DNA of 64,000 nucleotides from an uncultured Acidobacteriota bacterium (GTDB lineage: Bacteria; Acidobacteriota; Thermoanaerobaculia; Gp7-AA8), in the NCBI GenBank assembly GCA_963741955.1, contig CAVUKB010000010.1, positions 96,001-160,000 of the forward strand. Direction: 5' to 3'. The translations under genes were made by a program, and so were the position numbers. The notes below the pieces were generated by a model. That model had not been told where the DNA came from. It did not search any database and saw only the letters and a program-made list of their open reading frames with translations. Of the stretch, positions 29,145 through 39,388 are shown one piece after another; within the stretch, counting starts at the first letter, position 1, and each line of letters begins with the position of its first letter.

Positions 29145-32100
29145 ATGCAAGAGAGCCGCGTCATTCATGCAGCGCACCTTCTCGCCTCGGTTTTCGTCCT
29201 CCTCCTGCTCGTCGGAGCCAGAGGGTTTCTGGCGACGCAGCCTTTTGTTTCGGCAATTCTGCTTCTGTTGTTCGTCCCCGTTTACTACACCGCAGCACGG
29301 GTGCGGAGCTTCGGACGTTTTCTCTATCCCGCCGCATTTCTGCTCGTACTCGCCTGGGCTCTCGTACTTCACGGTGCCGGGGTGCCTCTCGCGCTGCAAC
29401 CGGTCGGCGCCATCCTTCCGATCATCGGCTTTTACTGGGCGGGTGAGACCGGCGTCCCTCGCCGGGTGGAGAATTCGGCGGCCGTTCTCGGACGAGTGAA
29501 CGACATCATCATCGCGGTCTTCTCGCTCTGGATCGTGGTGCGGTTTTCGTGGTTTCTGAAGGAAGCGCCATGGGGTGCGGGCGCCGCGCTCGCGGTCTAC
29601 TCGGTCTTCCTGTGGCTCCGCTTCACCGACAATCGCCGGATCGCCTGGTCCGCAGCATCGGTACTTCTCGCGAGCGGCGCGTTCTACTTCGTGGTTCTCT
29701 GGCAGCCGCGCATCGCCCTTCTGGTCACCAGCCTCGCGCTGGTCGGTCTGGTGGTGGGACTCGCGATCAGCGAACGGCTGGAGGCTGTCGAAACGATCGG
29801 ATTCTCCGCGCCGGTCGCGTTCTTCGGACTCACCGGGATGCTCGCGGACGTGCCGATGGTGGTGCCGTCGGCCTGGCTGGGCTTCGGACTGGCGTGGCTT
29901 CTCCTGTCGATCTGGCTGTACGAGCCCGAGCGGACGCCGCTGATGTCGGAGAACGAAGGTTCGGCGGGAGCCGTCTCGCCGCACCTGATCGCGGGGATTC
30001 TTTCGATCATCGTCCCGATCTTCGTCTTCGACGTCTGGCGTAATGACGTCCTGTTCGGGGCCTGGCTCGCTTCGCTGTTTCTCGGGACGCTCGTTGCGGG
30101 GCGGGTATTCGGAGAGAACGCGGTCAGTCTCATCGAGGTCCTCTTCGCGCGAGTGCTCGGAGTACTCTCGCGGGTTGCTGCGCCGGTCTTTTTCGTCTTC
30201 GTTCTCCTCCACGGCGTCACCGGAAGTTTCCGGCTGGCGATCATCGCGTTCTTCTTCGCCGCGATCTCTCTCTCCGCAGGCTGGCAGACGGAGCCGCGGG
30301 TATTCACGCGACGGAATGCCCGGGTGTGGGAGGGGGGAGCGCTGCTCGCTCTCGGATGGTTTCTCGCCGTGCATCGGCTGTCGAGCAGCTCGTGGATCGA
30401 GCTTCTGCTGGCGTCGGGTGCGCCGCTGGTCTTTCTGCTGCTCCTGGAATCCCGACTCAGTGAGCGCCGGGAGAGGGGCGTCTACGGCGAGTCGCTCGCC
30501 GATTCTGCGGTCGTCGCGTCCATCCTCGCGTCGGTGCTCGCAGTGGTCGCGTCCCCGGACGATCTGATTCGGGCCGGCGTGATCGGCGGAATCCTCCTCC
30601 TCGCGACCGCCGCTGCGTTCTACTTCAGAAGAGAGCCGTCGACCCTCTACTCGGTTCCCGTGGTACTCGGCTACTGGATGTACATGGTCGCTCGGGCGGC
30701 GGGTGGAACCGGGGAACTGCTCGGCGTCCCGTACCTCGTGGTCGGGCTTCTCTCCGCATGGGTCGGATACGGGCTGCTGGCGCGCGATCGGCGATGGCAC
30801 CGGGTACTGCAGTTCATGTGGTTCCTCTGCACCGCAGTGGCGCTGTTCCTCTTTGCACCGTTCAGCGCGATCGGCGCGTGGCTTGCGCCGCTGTGGGCCG
30901 TCTCGTTCGTCCTGGTCGCCCGGGGGCGGGCAGCTCGGCGCGACGCGGCCTTTGCCAACGGGCTCGAGATCGCGGGAGGAATTCTGGCTGCAGCCAGTCT
31001 CGCGGTGCTGATCTGGAGAAGGATCGATCTCGCAGCCGCGACCGCGCTCTGTATCTACGCGCTGACGTGGGGCCTGACCGGGATCCTGAAGCGCGTCTAC
31101 GCTTATCTCTATCCTGCCACTCTCGCTGCGGTGGCCGCTCTCTTCTTCGTCGCGCGTCCGACCACCGGGGAGGAGTATTACCTGACCTGGGTCTTCCCGC
31201 TCGGCGCTGCGTTCCTGGCCGTTGCGATGCGATACCGGCGAAGAGATCGGAAGCCGCTCGCGATTCCGTGGGAGATCTCGACGCTGATTGCCACAGTCGC
31301 CGGAGCGGCACTCTTTCTTCTCCTTCCGTTCGGCGAGGCGCTCGCGCTCGGCGTGCTGACCGGAGCGGCCTGGCTGGTGATCTTCGGAATGGTCACCCTG
31401 CGCGCAGAGGAGTATCTCGCTGCCGCAGGTCTGGCGGCCGCATTCGTGCTGTACGAGCTTCTCCCGCTCTTCCAGGGGGTCAGCTCGTCGAATCGCCTCG
31501 CGGTTTTCGCTCCCGTCGCAATCGTTCTCGCAGTCGCGGGGAGGCTGCTCCAGCAGCGAGGGCGGGAGATCAAGGGATGGGCGGCGTGGGGCGCCGCGAC
31601 GACGGTCGCAGTCCTCGCCTCCGTTTTCGCGGTCTGGCCGGGAGGGACGGCAGTGGTGGCTGCCCGGATCGTGCTGGTGATCGCCGCGCTTCTCTGGGCG
31701 CTCCTTCTCGCCTGGAGTCAGAAGGAAGGTTTCGTGTATCTCGCGACGCTGACCCTCGCGATTCTCACCTGGAGCTTCGTCGCGAGCTCGTCCGATCTCT
31801 TCGGAAGGCACCTCTTCGCGTTCTTCGTCGTCGGGGTCGCGCTGCTCGGGGCGATCTTTCTCGCCTCCGCACTGCGGACGCGCTTCAGATTCCGCGAGCC
31901 GACGCTCTACGCACCGTCGTGGCGCTGGAGCCACCGATTTCTCTATCTCGTCCCCGTCGCGATTCTCGGTGTGGCCGTCTTCGGGAGCTGGGGAGTGACC
32001 ACCAGTTCCAATCCCTATTTCTGCGGAAGCTGCCACGACATGGGGACCTACTTCGCCAACTGGAAGGACTCGCCCCACGCCCGTGCGGAAGTCAGCTGCG

Positions 32101-32762
32101 ATCGCTGCCACTACGAACCGGGAGTCGGTGGATTCGTCAGAGCGAAGATCCGCGGCACCTCGGAGCTCGTCACTACCCTCACCGGCACGCAGCGCCCGAA
32201 ACCGGTTGCGGAAGTCACGAATGACCGCTGCCTCGCGTGTCACCCGATGGCGAAGCTCGGGAAGACCATTCGGGTCGCGGACAGCTGGAACTTCAATCAT
32301 GTGCGGCACCTGGCCGCGCCGTTGACTCGAGGCCCCGCGAAGCTGCGATGCACCAGCTGCCACACCGACGTGGGAAGTGCGACTCATTTCGCGGTCGACA
32401 CGAACGCGTGTTTCACCTGTCACTTCGAGACCTCCGCATCCGCGCGACTCGCGGCCAGCGTCGGTTGCATCGGATGCCATGACCTTCCTGGATCGAAGAG
32501 CCGCTTCGATCACGTCGCCGCAGGCATCGAGAGAAACGACGACACGTGCGCGTCTTGTCACGATTCCGCATCGAGGGGAACCATGCTGGTCGAGATCCGC
32601 CAGTGCCGGCACTGCCATGAGGAAAGCGGACGCGATCTTCTGAACGCGGCCGACGTACACGCCATTCACGATCTTCACGTCACCGGAAAGGGAGTGGGAT
32701 GCGACTGGTGCCACGGGGTCATTCAGCACGAGAAAGTTGACACGAAACTCGCCATGAAGTAG
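29145..32762 (+). CDS. Very large polytopic membrane protein fused to a nine-heme NapC/NrfH-like c-type cytochrome
   Basis: About 940 aa of consecutive hydrophobic helices, then CGSCH, CDRCH, CLACH, CTSCH, CFTCH, CIGCH, CASCH, CRHCH, CDWCH. Confidence 0.88.
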   Translation: MQESRVIHAAHLLASVFVLLLLVGARGFLATQPFVSAILLLLFVPVYYTAARVRSFGRFLYPAAFLLVLAWALVLHGAGVPLALQPVGAILPIIGFYWAGETGVPRRVENSAAVLGRVNDIIIAVFSLWIVVRFSWFLKEAPWGAGAALAVYSVFLWLRFTDNRRIAWSAASVLLASGAFYFVVLWQPRIALLVTSLALVGLVVGLAISERLEAVETIGFSAPVAFFGLTGMLADVPMVVPSAWLGFGLAWLLLSIWLYEPERTPLMSENEGSAGAVSPHLIAGILSIIVPIFVFDVWRNDVLFGAWLASLFLGTLVAGRVFGENAVSLIEVLFARVLGVLSRVAAPVFFVFVLLHGVTGSFRLAIIAFFFAAISLSAGWQTEPRVFTRRNARVWEGGALLALGWFLAVHRLSSSSWIELLLASGAPLVFLLLLESRLSERRERGVYGESLADSAVVASILASVLAVVASPDDLIRAGVIGGILLLATAAAFYFRREPSTLYSVPVVLGYWMYMVARAAGGTGELLGVPYLVVGLLSAWVGYGLLARDRRWHRVLQFMWFLCTAVALFLFAPFSAIGAWLAPLWAVSFVLVARGRAARRDAAFANGLEIAGGILAAASLAVLIWRRIDLAAATALCIYALTWGLTGILKRVYAYLYPATLAAVAALFFVARPTTGEEYYLTWVFPLGAAFLAVAMRYRRRDRKPLAIPWEISTLIATVAGAALFLLLPFGEALALGVLTGAAWLVIFGMVTLRAEEYLAAAGLAAAFVLYELLPLFQGVSSSNRLAVFAPVAIVLAVAGRLLQQRGREIKGWAAWGAATTVAVLASVFAVWPGGTAVVAARIVLVIAALLWALLLAWSQKEGFVYLATLTLAILTWSFVASSSDLFGRHLFAFFVVGVALLGAIFLASALRTRFRFREPTLYAPSWRWSHRFLYLVPVAILGVAVFGSWGVTTSSNPYFCGSCHDMGTYFANWKDSPHARAEVSCDRCHYEPGVGGFVRAKIRGTSELVTTLTGTQRPKPVAEVTNDRCLACHPMAKLGKTIRVADSWNFNHVRHLAAPLTRGPAKLRCTSCHTDVGSATHFAVDTNACFTCHFETSASARLAASVGCIGCHDLPGSKSRFDHVAAGIERNDDTCASCHDSASRGTMLVEIRQCRHCHEESGRDLLNAADVHAIHDLHVTGKGVGCDWCHGVIQHEKVDTKLAMK

Positions 32763-32799
32763 TCAACTTGAGAAACTATTTCAAGGCGAAAGGGAACAT

Positions 32800-33420
32800 A
32801 TGGTGAAGACCTCCGCGAAAGGGTGGATTGGAGAGTTTCTCGGGAGCGCGCACATTTTTGCGTCGGCTGTCGAGGACGTGCTCGAGAGAAAGATTCTCGA
32901 TGAAGTGGCGGGCAAGCAGATCACCCACTCTCAGTTCCGTCTTCTCAAGATGGTCGAGCTCGCGGACACCCAGACCATCCGCGACGTGGCGATCTTTCTC
33001 GGGATCAGCAATGCGGCTGCGAGCAAGGCGGTGGACAAACTGGTGAAGAAGCACTTTCTGCTGCGGGAAGAAGCAGAGGTCGACCGGCGCGAGATCCGTC
33101 TCTCTCTCACCGACTCGAGCCGGAAGATCCTCGCCGATTACGACCGGGCACGAGACGAGAAGCTCGCGCGGATCTTCTCGGATTTTTCTTCCGACCAGTT
33201 GAAGGACGCTTCCATCCTTCTCGATCGTCTCTCCGCGGGTCTGGTGGACCACCACGACAATCCCGACGATCTCTGTCTCCAGTGCGGCATCTATTTCCGG
33301 CAGAGATGCGTCGTCCGTGAGCTCGCGAAGAGGGACTGTTTCTTCCACCAGAACCGCGCCGCGCGCCGCGGCAGGGTGGCCGATGTGGAGCCTTTGCCGA
33401 GTACGGTTGAATCGGAGTAG
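32800..33420 (+). CDS. MarR-family regulator with C-terminal four-Cys cluster
   Basis: wHTH (ITHSQF...AASKAVDKLV...DRRE.RLSLT) plus CLQCGIYFRQRC...DC. Confidence 0.85.
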   Translation: MVKTSAKGWIGEFLGSAHIFASAVEDVLERKILDEVAGKQITHSQFRLLKMVELADTQTIRDVAIFLGISNAAASKAVDKLVKKHFLLREEAEVDRREIRLSLTDSSRKILADYDRARDEKLARIFSDFSSDQLKDASILLDRLSAGLVDHHDNPDDLCLQCGIYFRQRCVVRELAKRDCFFHQNRAARRGRVADVEPLPSTVESE

Positions 33421-33483
33421 TACCGGATCGTCGACCGGGCGAGCGTGTCGCTCGATCGAACAGAAGAGAATCGGGAGAACATC

Positions 33484-33750
33484 ATGTGCCTCGCGGTACC
33501 GGGAAAGATTCTGACCAGGGAGATGAAGAACGGGTCGCTCACCGCGCGGGTGCGGTTCGGTGGGATCACCCGCGAGGCATACCTCGATTTCGTGCCGGAA
33601 GCCGGCGTGGGGGACTACGTGATGGTCCACGTCGGGTTCGCGATCAGCCGGGTCGACGAAGAAGAAGCGCAACGCACGTACCGGATTCTCGAGAGCATGG
33701 GTCTTCTGGAGGGTGAGCTCGGTCCCGGCGAAGAGACTGTCGAATCATGA
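33484..33750 (+). CDS. hypC: Hydrogenase chaperone HypC
   Basis: MCLAVPG N-terminus, GDYVMVHVGFAI. Confidence 0.96.
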   Translation: MCLAVPGKILTREMKNGSLTARVRFGGITREAYLDFVPEAGVGDYVMVHVGFAISRVDEEEAQRTYRILESMGLLEGELGPGEETVES

Positions 33751-33820
33751 CCCCTGCATCACGAATGCAGGCTCGTAACGAAGCAAAGATCGCCGGCAGG
33801 CGAAGACGATCGAGGCGGCC

Positions 33821-34918
33821 GTGAAATACATCGACGAATACCGCGACGAGAAGATCGCGCGATCGCTGGTCGAGCGCATCCGGCGCCGGGTGACTCGCCC
33901 GGAGGTACTGATGGAGATCTGCGGCGGGCAGACTCACACGCTGATGCGCTACGGCATCGACGAGATGCTGCCGCCCGAGATCGAGCTGGTCCACGGACCG
34001 GGGTGCCCGGTCTGTGTCACACCGCTGGAGACGCTCGACAAGGCGATCGAGATCGCCTCCCTTCCGGACGCCACGCTCGTCTCCTACGGGGACATGTTGC
34101 GTGTTCCCGGCTCCCGCTCGGATCTGTTCCGGATCAAAGCGGAAGGAGGCGACGTTCGAATCGTTTACTCGCCGGCGGAAGCGGTGAAGATCGCGCGTTC
34201 CAATCCGGAGCGGCGGGTGGTCTTCTTCGGCGTCGGCTTCGAGACCACTGCTCCCGCGAACGCGATGGCCGTCTACCTCGCGAAACGCGAAGGGCTGAGA
34301 AACTTCTCGATGCTGGTCTCGCACGTCCTCGTCCCGCCCGCGATCCGTCTCCTCCTCGAGTCGAAGTCGAACCGGGTGCAGGGCTTCATCGCTCCCGGTC
34401 ACGTCTGTACCGTGGTCGGCTATGCGGATTACGAAACGCTTGCGAGAGATTACCGGGTGCCGATGGTGATCGGAGGTTTCGAGCCGGTCGATCTTCTCGA
34501 GGCGATTGCCATGCTCGTCGATCAGCTCGAAGACGGACGTTACGAGGTCGAGAACCAGTACGTCCGCTCCGTCGGATACCGCGGCAATATCCCCGCCCAG
34601 CAGCTGATGGAAGAAGTCTTCGAAGTCTGCGACCGGAAGTGGCGGGGAATCGGATCGATCCCGATGAGTGGGTTCGCCATCCGGCCGGAGTACGCCGCCT
34701 ACGATGCGGAGAAGATCTTTCCGCTCGAGAGCATCACCGCCGAGGAGCCGCCGGAGTGCATCAGCGCACTGGTGCTGCAGGGGCTTCGCAAACCGATCCA
34801 CTGTCCCGTGTTCGCCACGCGATGCACGCCGGAGATGCCCATGGGAGCTCCGATGGTCTCTGCGGAGGGTGCCTGCGCCGCGTACTACCACTACCGCCGT
34901 CACGCCGCCGCCGGATGA
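33821..34918 (+). CDS. hypD: Hydrogenase maturation protein HypD
   Basis: [35 protein letters not shown]. Confidence 0.96.
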   Translation: MKYIDEYRDEKIARSLVERIRRRVTRPEVLMEICGGQTHTLMRYGIDEMLPPEIELVHGPGCPVCVTPLETLDKAIEIASLPDATLVSYGDMLRVPGSRSDLFRIKAEGGDVRIVYSPAEAVKIARSNPERRVVFFGVGFETTAPANAMAVYLAKREGLRNFSMLVSHVLVPPAIRLLLESKSNRVQGFIAPGHVCTVVGYADYETLARDYRVPMVIGGFEPVDLLEAIAMLVDQLEDGRYEVENQYVRSVGYRGNIPAQQLMEEVFEVCDRKWRGIGSIPMSGFAIRPEYAAYDAEKIFPLESITAEEPPECISALVLQGLRKPIHCPVFATRCTPEMPMGAPMVSAEGACAAYYHYRRHAAAG

Positions 34919-34926
34919 GGTGAGTC

Positions 34927-35985
34927 ATGTCCGATGCCGTATCGATTGAGAATTTTGCCTGTCCGGTTCCGATCGCCAGACGCGATCGCGTCCTTCTCGG
35001 CCACGGCAGCGGAGGCAAGCTGAGCGCCGAGCTCCTGTCGGAGCTTTTCCTCCCGACCTTTTCGAACGACGTGCTCGGGAGAATGGATGACCAGGCGATC
35101 GTCGATGTCGAAGGCGTTCGAATCGCGTTCACCACCGACAGCTTCGTGGTCAAGCCGCTCTTCTTTCCCGGAGGGGACATCGGCTCGCTCGCCGTGCACG
35201 GCACGATCAACGATCTTGCGATGGGAGGCGCGAAGCCTCTTTTCCTCAGCGTCGCCTACATCATCGAGGAAGGACTGGAGATGGAGGTCCTGCGCCGGCT
35301 GACGGAGTCGGTGCAGCGCGCGGCGGAGGCTGCGGGCGTGACCGTGGTGACGGGCGATACGAAGGTGGTGGAGAAGGGGAGTGGCGACGGGCTCTTCATC
35401 AACACGTCGGGGATCGGAGTGGTTCCGAAGGATCGCGATCTCTCTGCTTCGCACGCCCGTCCGGGGGACCGAGTGATCCTCAGCGGCTCGATCGGCGATC
35501 ACGGAATCGCGATCATGACCCGTCGCGAAGGTCTCGAGTTCGAGAGCGACATCGAGAGCGATTCGGCGGCGCTGCACGGTTTGACTGCCCGGATGCTGAA
35601 AGCATCGAGCAACATCCGCTGCATGCGCGATCCGACGCGCGGGGGCCTGTCGAGCACGTGCAACGAGATCGCCGCCTCCTCCGCAGTCGGGATCACCCTC
35701 GACGAGCGCACCATTCCGGTTCGGGAGGAAGTCCAGGGCGCGTGCGAGCTTCTCGGGCTCGACCCGCTGTACGTCGCGAACGAGGGGAAACTCGTGGCGA
35801 TCGTCGATCCTGCGGACGCGGATCGGGTGATCGAGGCGATGCGGTGCGACCCGCTGGGTCGCGAGGCGCGGATCATCGGGACGGTGACCGGCGACTCGCC
35901 CGGCCTGGTGATCATGCGCACCCGTTTCGGGACCAGCAGGATCGTGGACATGCTCGCCGGCGACCAGCTGCCGAGGATCTGCTGA
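34927..35985 (+). CDS. hypE: Carbamoyl dehydratase HypE
   Basis: HGSGG, TTDSFVV, RDPTRGG, ANEG, C-terminal PRIC. Confidence 0.96.
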   Translation: MSDAVSIENFACPVPIARRDRVLLGHGSGGKLSAELLSELFLPTFSNDVLGRMDDQAIVDVEGVRIAFTTDSFVVKPLFFPGGDIGSLAVHGTINDLAMGGAKPLFLSVAYIIEEGLEMEVLRRLTESVQRAAEAAGVTVVTGDTKVVEKGSGDGLFINTSGIGVVPKDRDLSASHARPGDRVILSGSIGDHGIAIMTRREGLEFESDIESDSAALHGLTARMLKASSNIRCMRDPTRGGLSSTCNEIAASSAVGITLDERTIPVREEVQGACELLGLDPLYVANEGKLVAIVDPADADRVIEAMRCDPLGREARIIGTVTGDSPGLVIMRTRFGTSRIVDMLAGDQLPRIC

Positions 35986-35993
35986 GGAGAACG

Positions 35994-36341
35994 ATGCACG
36001 AGCTGGGAATTGCTGCCGCTCTGCTCGACGCGATCCGCGTCGAAGTCGCGAAGCACCCGGGCGGACGCGCGTCCAGAGTCGGCATCCGGATCGGCGAGAT
36101 CAGCGGAGTCGATCCCGACGCTCTCGGTTTCAGTTTCGAATGCCTTCTCTCCGACTCCGGTCTCGCTCCTCTGCAGCTGGAAATCGAGACCTGTCCCCGA
36201 ATTCAGAAATGCAGCTCGTGCGGGCATCGCTTCGACGTGGTCGATCTCGATACCCGCTGTCCATCATGCGCTGAGCGATTGACCGAATGTGTCGGCGGGA
36301 CGGAGCTCGATCTCGCCTGGCTGGAGGTAGAACGACCATGA
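35994..36341 (+). CDS. hypA: Nickel metallochaperone HypA
   Basis: MHE N-terminus, CSSC...CPSC. RBS GAGGAG. Confidence 0.93.
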   Translation: MHELGIAAALLDAIRVEVAKHPGGRASRVGIRIGEISGVDPDALGFSFECLLSDSGLAPLQLEIETCPRIQKCSSCGHRFDVVDLDTRCPSCAERLTECVGGTELDLAWLEVERP

Positions 36342-37015
36342 CCCGAATCGCGATGGAAGGAAAGATTCTCAACGAGAACCAGCGCATCGCCGCGGAGCTT
36401 CGCGAGCGATATGAAGCGAACGGTCTGCTGACCCTCAATCTCATCAGCTCTCCCGGCGCCGGAAAGACGTCGCTGCTCGAGAAGACTCTGCAGCGATTCG
36501 ACCGCGCTCGACGCGTCGCCCTCCTGACCGGAGACATCCAGACGGATCTCGACGCCGGCCGGCTGGCCCGTTTCGGATTTCCGGTCCGGCAGATCACGAC
36601 CAGCGGCGCGTGCCATCTCGACGCGAAAATGGTCGAGCGGGCACTGGATGGATGGGATCTCGGCACACTCGAGCTTCTTCTGATCGAGAACGTCGGCAAT
36701 CTCGTCTGTCCCTCCAGCTTCGACCTCGGCGAAGAGTCGAAAATCGTGGTGTTCAGCGTCGCCGAGGGGGAGGAAAAGCCGCTCAAGTATCCGGGGACCT
36801 TCGCGCGGGCGGAACTGGTGATCATCAACAAGATCGACCTTCTGGGTCATGTGCCGTTCGACATCGAAAAGGCACGCGAGAATACCGAGCGAAGCAATCC
36901 CGGAGTCCGGGTGATCGAGCTCTCGTGCACCACCGGGGACGGGATCGCGGAATGGGAATCGTGGATCGAGGAGAAGCTCGGCGCGAAACGCGATCTCACT
37001 GCGGTGGTCCACTGA
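36338..37015 (+). CDS. hypB: Nickel incorporation GTPase HypB
   Basis: SSPGAGKT, CHLDA, ENVGNLVCP, KPLKYP, NKID. Confidence 0.95.
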   Translation: MTRIAMEGKILNENQRIAAELRERYEANGLLTLNLISSPGAGKTSLLEKTLQRFDRARRVALLTGDIQTDLDAGRLARFGFPVRQITTSGACHLDAKMVERALDGWDLGTLELLLIENVGNLVCPSSFDLGEESKIVVFSVAEGEEKPLKYPGTFARAELVIINKIDLLGHVPFDIEKARENTERSNPGVRVIELSCTTGDGIAEWESWIEEKLGAKRDLTAVVH

Positions 37016-37040
37016 AGGAACGAGATCGGTCGAGGATCCG

Positions 37041-39341
37041 ATGCCGGATCATTCCCATCTGATTGTCGAGCCCTCGATGAGAAAGTCGATCGAGGTCGGC
37101 GGGATCGTGCAGGGAGTCGGATTCCGTCCTTTCATCCACCGCCTGGCATCGTCGTGCGGCGTGAACGGCTCGGTCGGGAACACTGCACGTGGTGTGACCA
37201 TCGAGATCGAGGGGACGGGATCGGCGCTGCAGAGTTTTCTCGAGCGGCTCCCTGCGGAGCTGCCGCCGCTCGCGCGAATCACCAGATTCGCGGTGCGTGA
37301 TCTTCCGGCGACCGGAGAGACCGGATTCCAGATCGTCGCCAGCAGTCACGAAGCTTCGGCTTCGGTGCTCGTCTCGCCGGACATCGCGGTCTGTCCCGAT
37401 TGTCTCCGGGAAATGTTCGACCCGGCCGACCGCCGCTACCGCTACCCGCTCATCAACTGCACCAACTGCGGCCCGCGGTTCACCATCATCCGCCGGCTTC
37501 CGTACGACCGTCCGAACACCTCCATGGACCGGTTTCCGATGTGCGACGAATGCAGGCGCGAGTACGAGGATCCGACGGACCGACGGTTCCACGCGCAACC
37601 GAACGCGTGCTGGGAGTGTGGCCCGCGTCTAGACTGGTGGGATTCCGCAGGATCGCGAATCGAGTGCGATGACCCGATCGCTGCTGCTGCCGCAGCGCTC
37701 GCGCGAGGAGAGATCGTCGCGATCAAAGGGCTGGGAGGATTTCACCTTGCGGTCGACGCGACGAATCGCGAGGCAGTTCAGCGGTTGCGTGAACGGAAGG
37801 GACGGGTGGACAAACCGTTCGCGGTCATGGTACCGGCAATCGATGCCGCGAGAGCGCTCTGCGAGATCGGGTCAGGTGCCACCGAGCTCCTCTCGCCCCA
37901 GCGTCCGATCGTCCTGATGCCGTGGAAGCGGTCCACGGAGGTGGCTGAAGCGGTCGCTCCGCGAAGCGTCACCCTCGGATTGTTCCTTCCCTACACTCCG
38001 ATGCAGTTTCTTCTGTTTGCGGCGGGTGCTCCGCAGGCCCTGGTGATGACCAGCGCAAACGTGAGCGAAGAGCCGATCGCGATAGACAACCGGGACGCGG
38101 TCGCGCGGCTCGGGGGTATCGCGGATTCGTTTCTGGTGCACGATCGCGACATTCTGAGGCGGTGCGACGATACGGTGATGCGGCTGGCCGGAGGAAGTCC
38201 GCGGCAGGTGCGGCGCTCACGCGGATTCGTACCGGCGCCGATCGCCCTCCACTGCGAAGTCCCATCCGTGCTCGCCGTCGGTGCGGAGCTCAAGAACAGC
38301 GTCTGCATCACGCGGGGGAACGAAGCGATGCTCAGCCAGCACGTCGGAGACATCGAGAACCTCGAGGCGTTCCGGTTCTTCGAAGAAGTGATCGCCCACA
38401 TGAAGCAGGTGTTCGAGATCGACCCGGAGATCGTGGCGTGCGATCTTCATCCCGACTACTTTCCTTCCAGGTGGGCGCGATCGCTGGAGGGAAAGACCAT
38501 CGTCGAAGTGCAGCACCATCACGCTCACGTCGCGAGCTGCATGGCCGAGAACGGCCTCACCGGAAAGGTGATCGGAATCGCGCTCGATGGCACCGGCTAC
38601 GGAACGGACGGAACCATCTGGGGCGGCGAGATCCTGGTCGCAGACTACGCGTCCTTCGATCGTGTCGCGAGTTTCGAGGAGACGCCGATGCCCGGAGGCG
38701 AGGCGGCGATCCGTCAGCCATGGCGAATGGCGCTGGCTCACCTGGACCGGAGCTACGGCCGGGATCTGTTCAATCTGGAGATACCTTTCGTCCGGCAGCT
38801 CGACCGGGGCAAAGCCACGACTCTCCTCGGGATGATCTCGCAGCGATTCAACTCTCCCGTGACGACGAGCTGCGGCCGTCTGTTCGACGCGGTTGCAGCA
38901 CTCATCGGTGTCCGCGAGAGCGTCAACTACGAAGCACAGGCGGCCATCGAGCTGGAGGCGGTCGCGAGCGAGGAGTTTCACGGAAGCTATGCCGCGGACG
39001 TCCACGAGGGACGGGAGAGGCTGGTGATCGGCACAGCGCCGCTGATCGAGGCCATCGTCGGGGATCTGCGTCGGAACGTGCCCGCACCAGTCATCTCGAG
39101 CCGCTTTCACCGCGGCATCATCGAGGCTCTCGCACGCTGCTGCCGGATCATCGGTTCCAGAACGGGCCTCCGGCGGGTCTGCCTGAGCGGTGGAAGCTTT
39201 CAGAACCGGATTCTGCTCGAAGGGGTGATCGAGGAGCTGACCGGGGATCGGTTCGAGGTATTCACGCACGCCTCGGTTCCCACCGGCGATGGCGGCATCG
39301 CGCTGGGTCAGGCGATGGTGGCCGCCGCGCGGATGAAATGA
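37041..39341 (+). CDS. hypF: Carbamoyltransferase HypF
   Basis: GIVQGVGFRP, CTNCGPR zinc fingers, KGLGGFHL, QHHHAH, GDGGIALGQ. Confidence 0.96.
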   Translation: MPDHSHLIVEPSMRKSIEVGGIVQGVGFRPFIHRLASSCGVNGSVGNTARGVTIEIEGTGSALQSFLERLPAELPPLARITRFAVRDLPATGETGFQIVASSHEASASVLVSPDIAVCPDCLREMFDPADRRYRYPLINCTNCGPRFTIIRRLPYDRPNTSMDRFPMCDECRREYEDPTDRRFHAQPNACWECGPRLDWWDSAGSRIECDDPIAAAAAALARGEIVAIKGLGGFHLAVDATNREAVQRLRERKGRVDKPFAVMVPAIDAARALCEIGSGATELLSPQRPIVLMPWKRSTEVAEAVAPRSVTLGLFLPYTPMQFLLFAAGAPQALVMTSANVSEEPIAIDNRDAVARLGGIADSFLVHDRDILRRCDDTVMRLAGGSPRQVRRSRGFVPAPIALHCEVPSVLAVGAELKNSVCITRGNEAMLSQHVGDIENLEAFRFFEEVIAHMKQVFEIDPEIVACDLHPDYFPSRWARSLEGKTIVEVQHHHAHVASCMAENGLTGKVIGIALDGTGYGTDGTIWGGEILVADYASFDRVASFEETPMPGGEAAIRQPWRMALAHLDRSYGRDLFNLEIPFVRQLDRGKATTLLGMISQRFNSPVTTSCGRLFDAVAALIGVRESVNYEAQAAIELEAVASEEFHGSYAADVHEGRERLVIGTAPLIEAIVGDLRRNVPAPVISSRFHRGIIEALARCCRIIGSRTGLRRVCLSGGSFQNRILLEGVIEELTGDRFEVFTHASVPTGDGGIALGQAMVAAARMK

Positions 39342-39388
39342 GCGGGAAGATCCGGGCGGGGCGGCCCTCGCCCGGTCGACCCTCATCA

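Noticed and set aside
29013-32729. 1238-aa minus-strand ORF and other long antisense ORFs (e.g. 7408-9747, 24904-26523, 38217-39884)
   Set aside because: Shadows of well-supported genes on the opposite strand in high-GC DNA. They are Arg/Pro-rich and carry no motifs.
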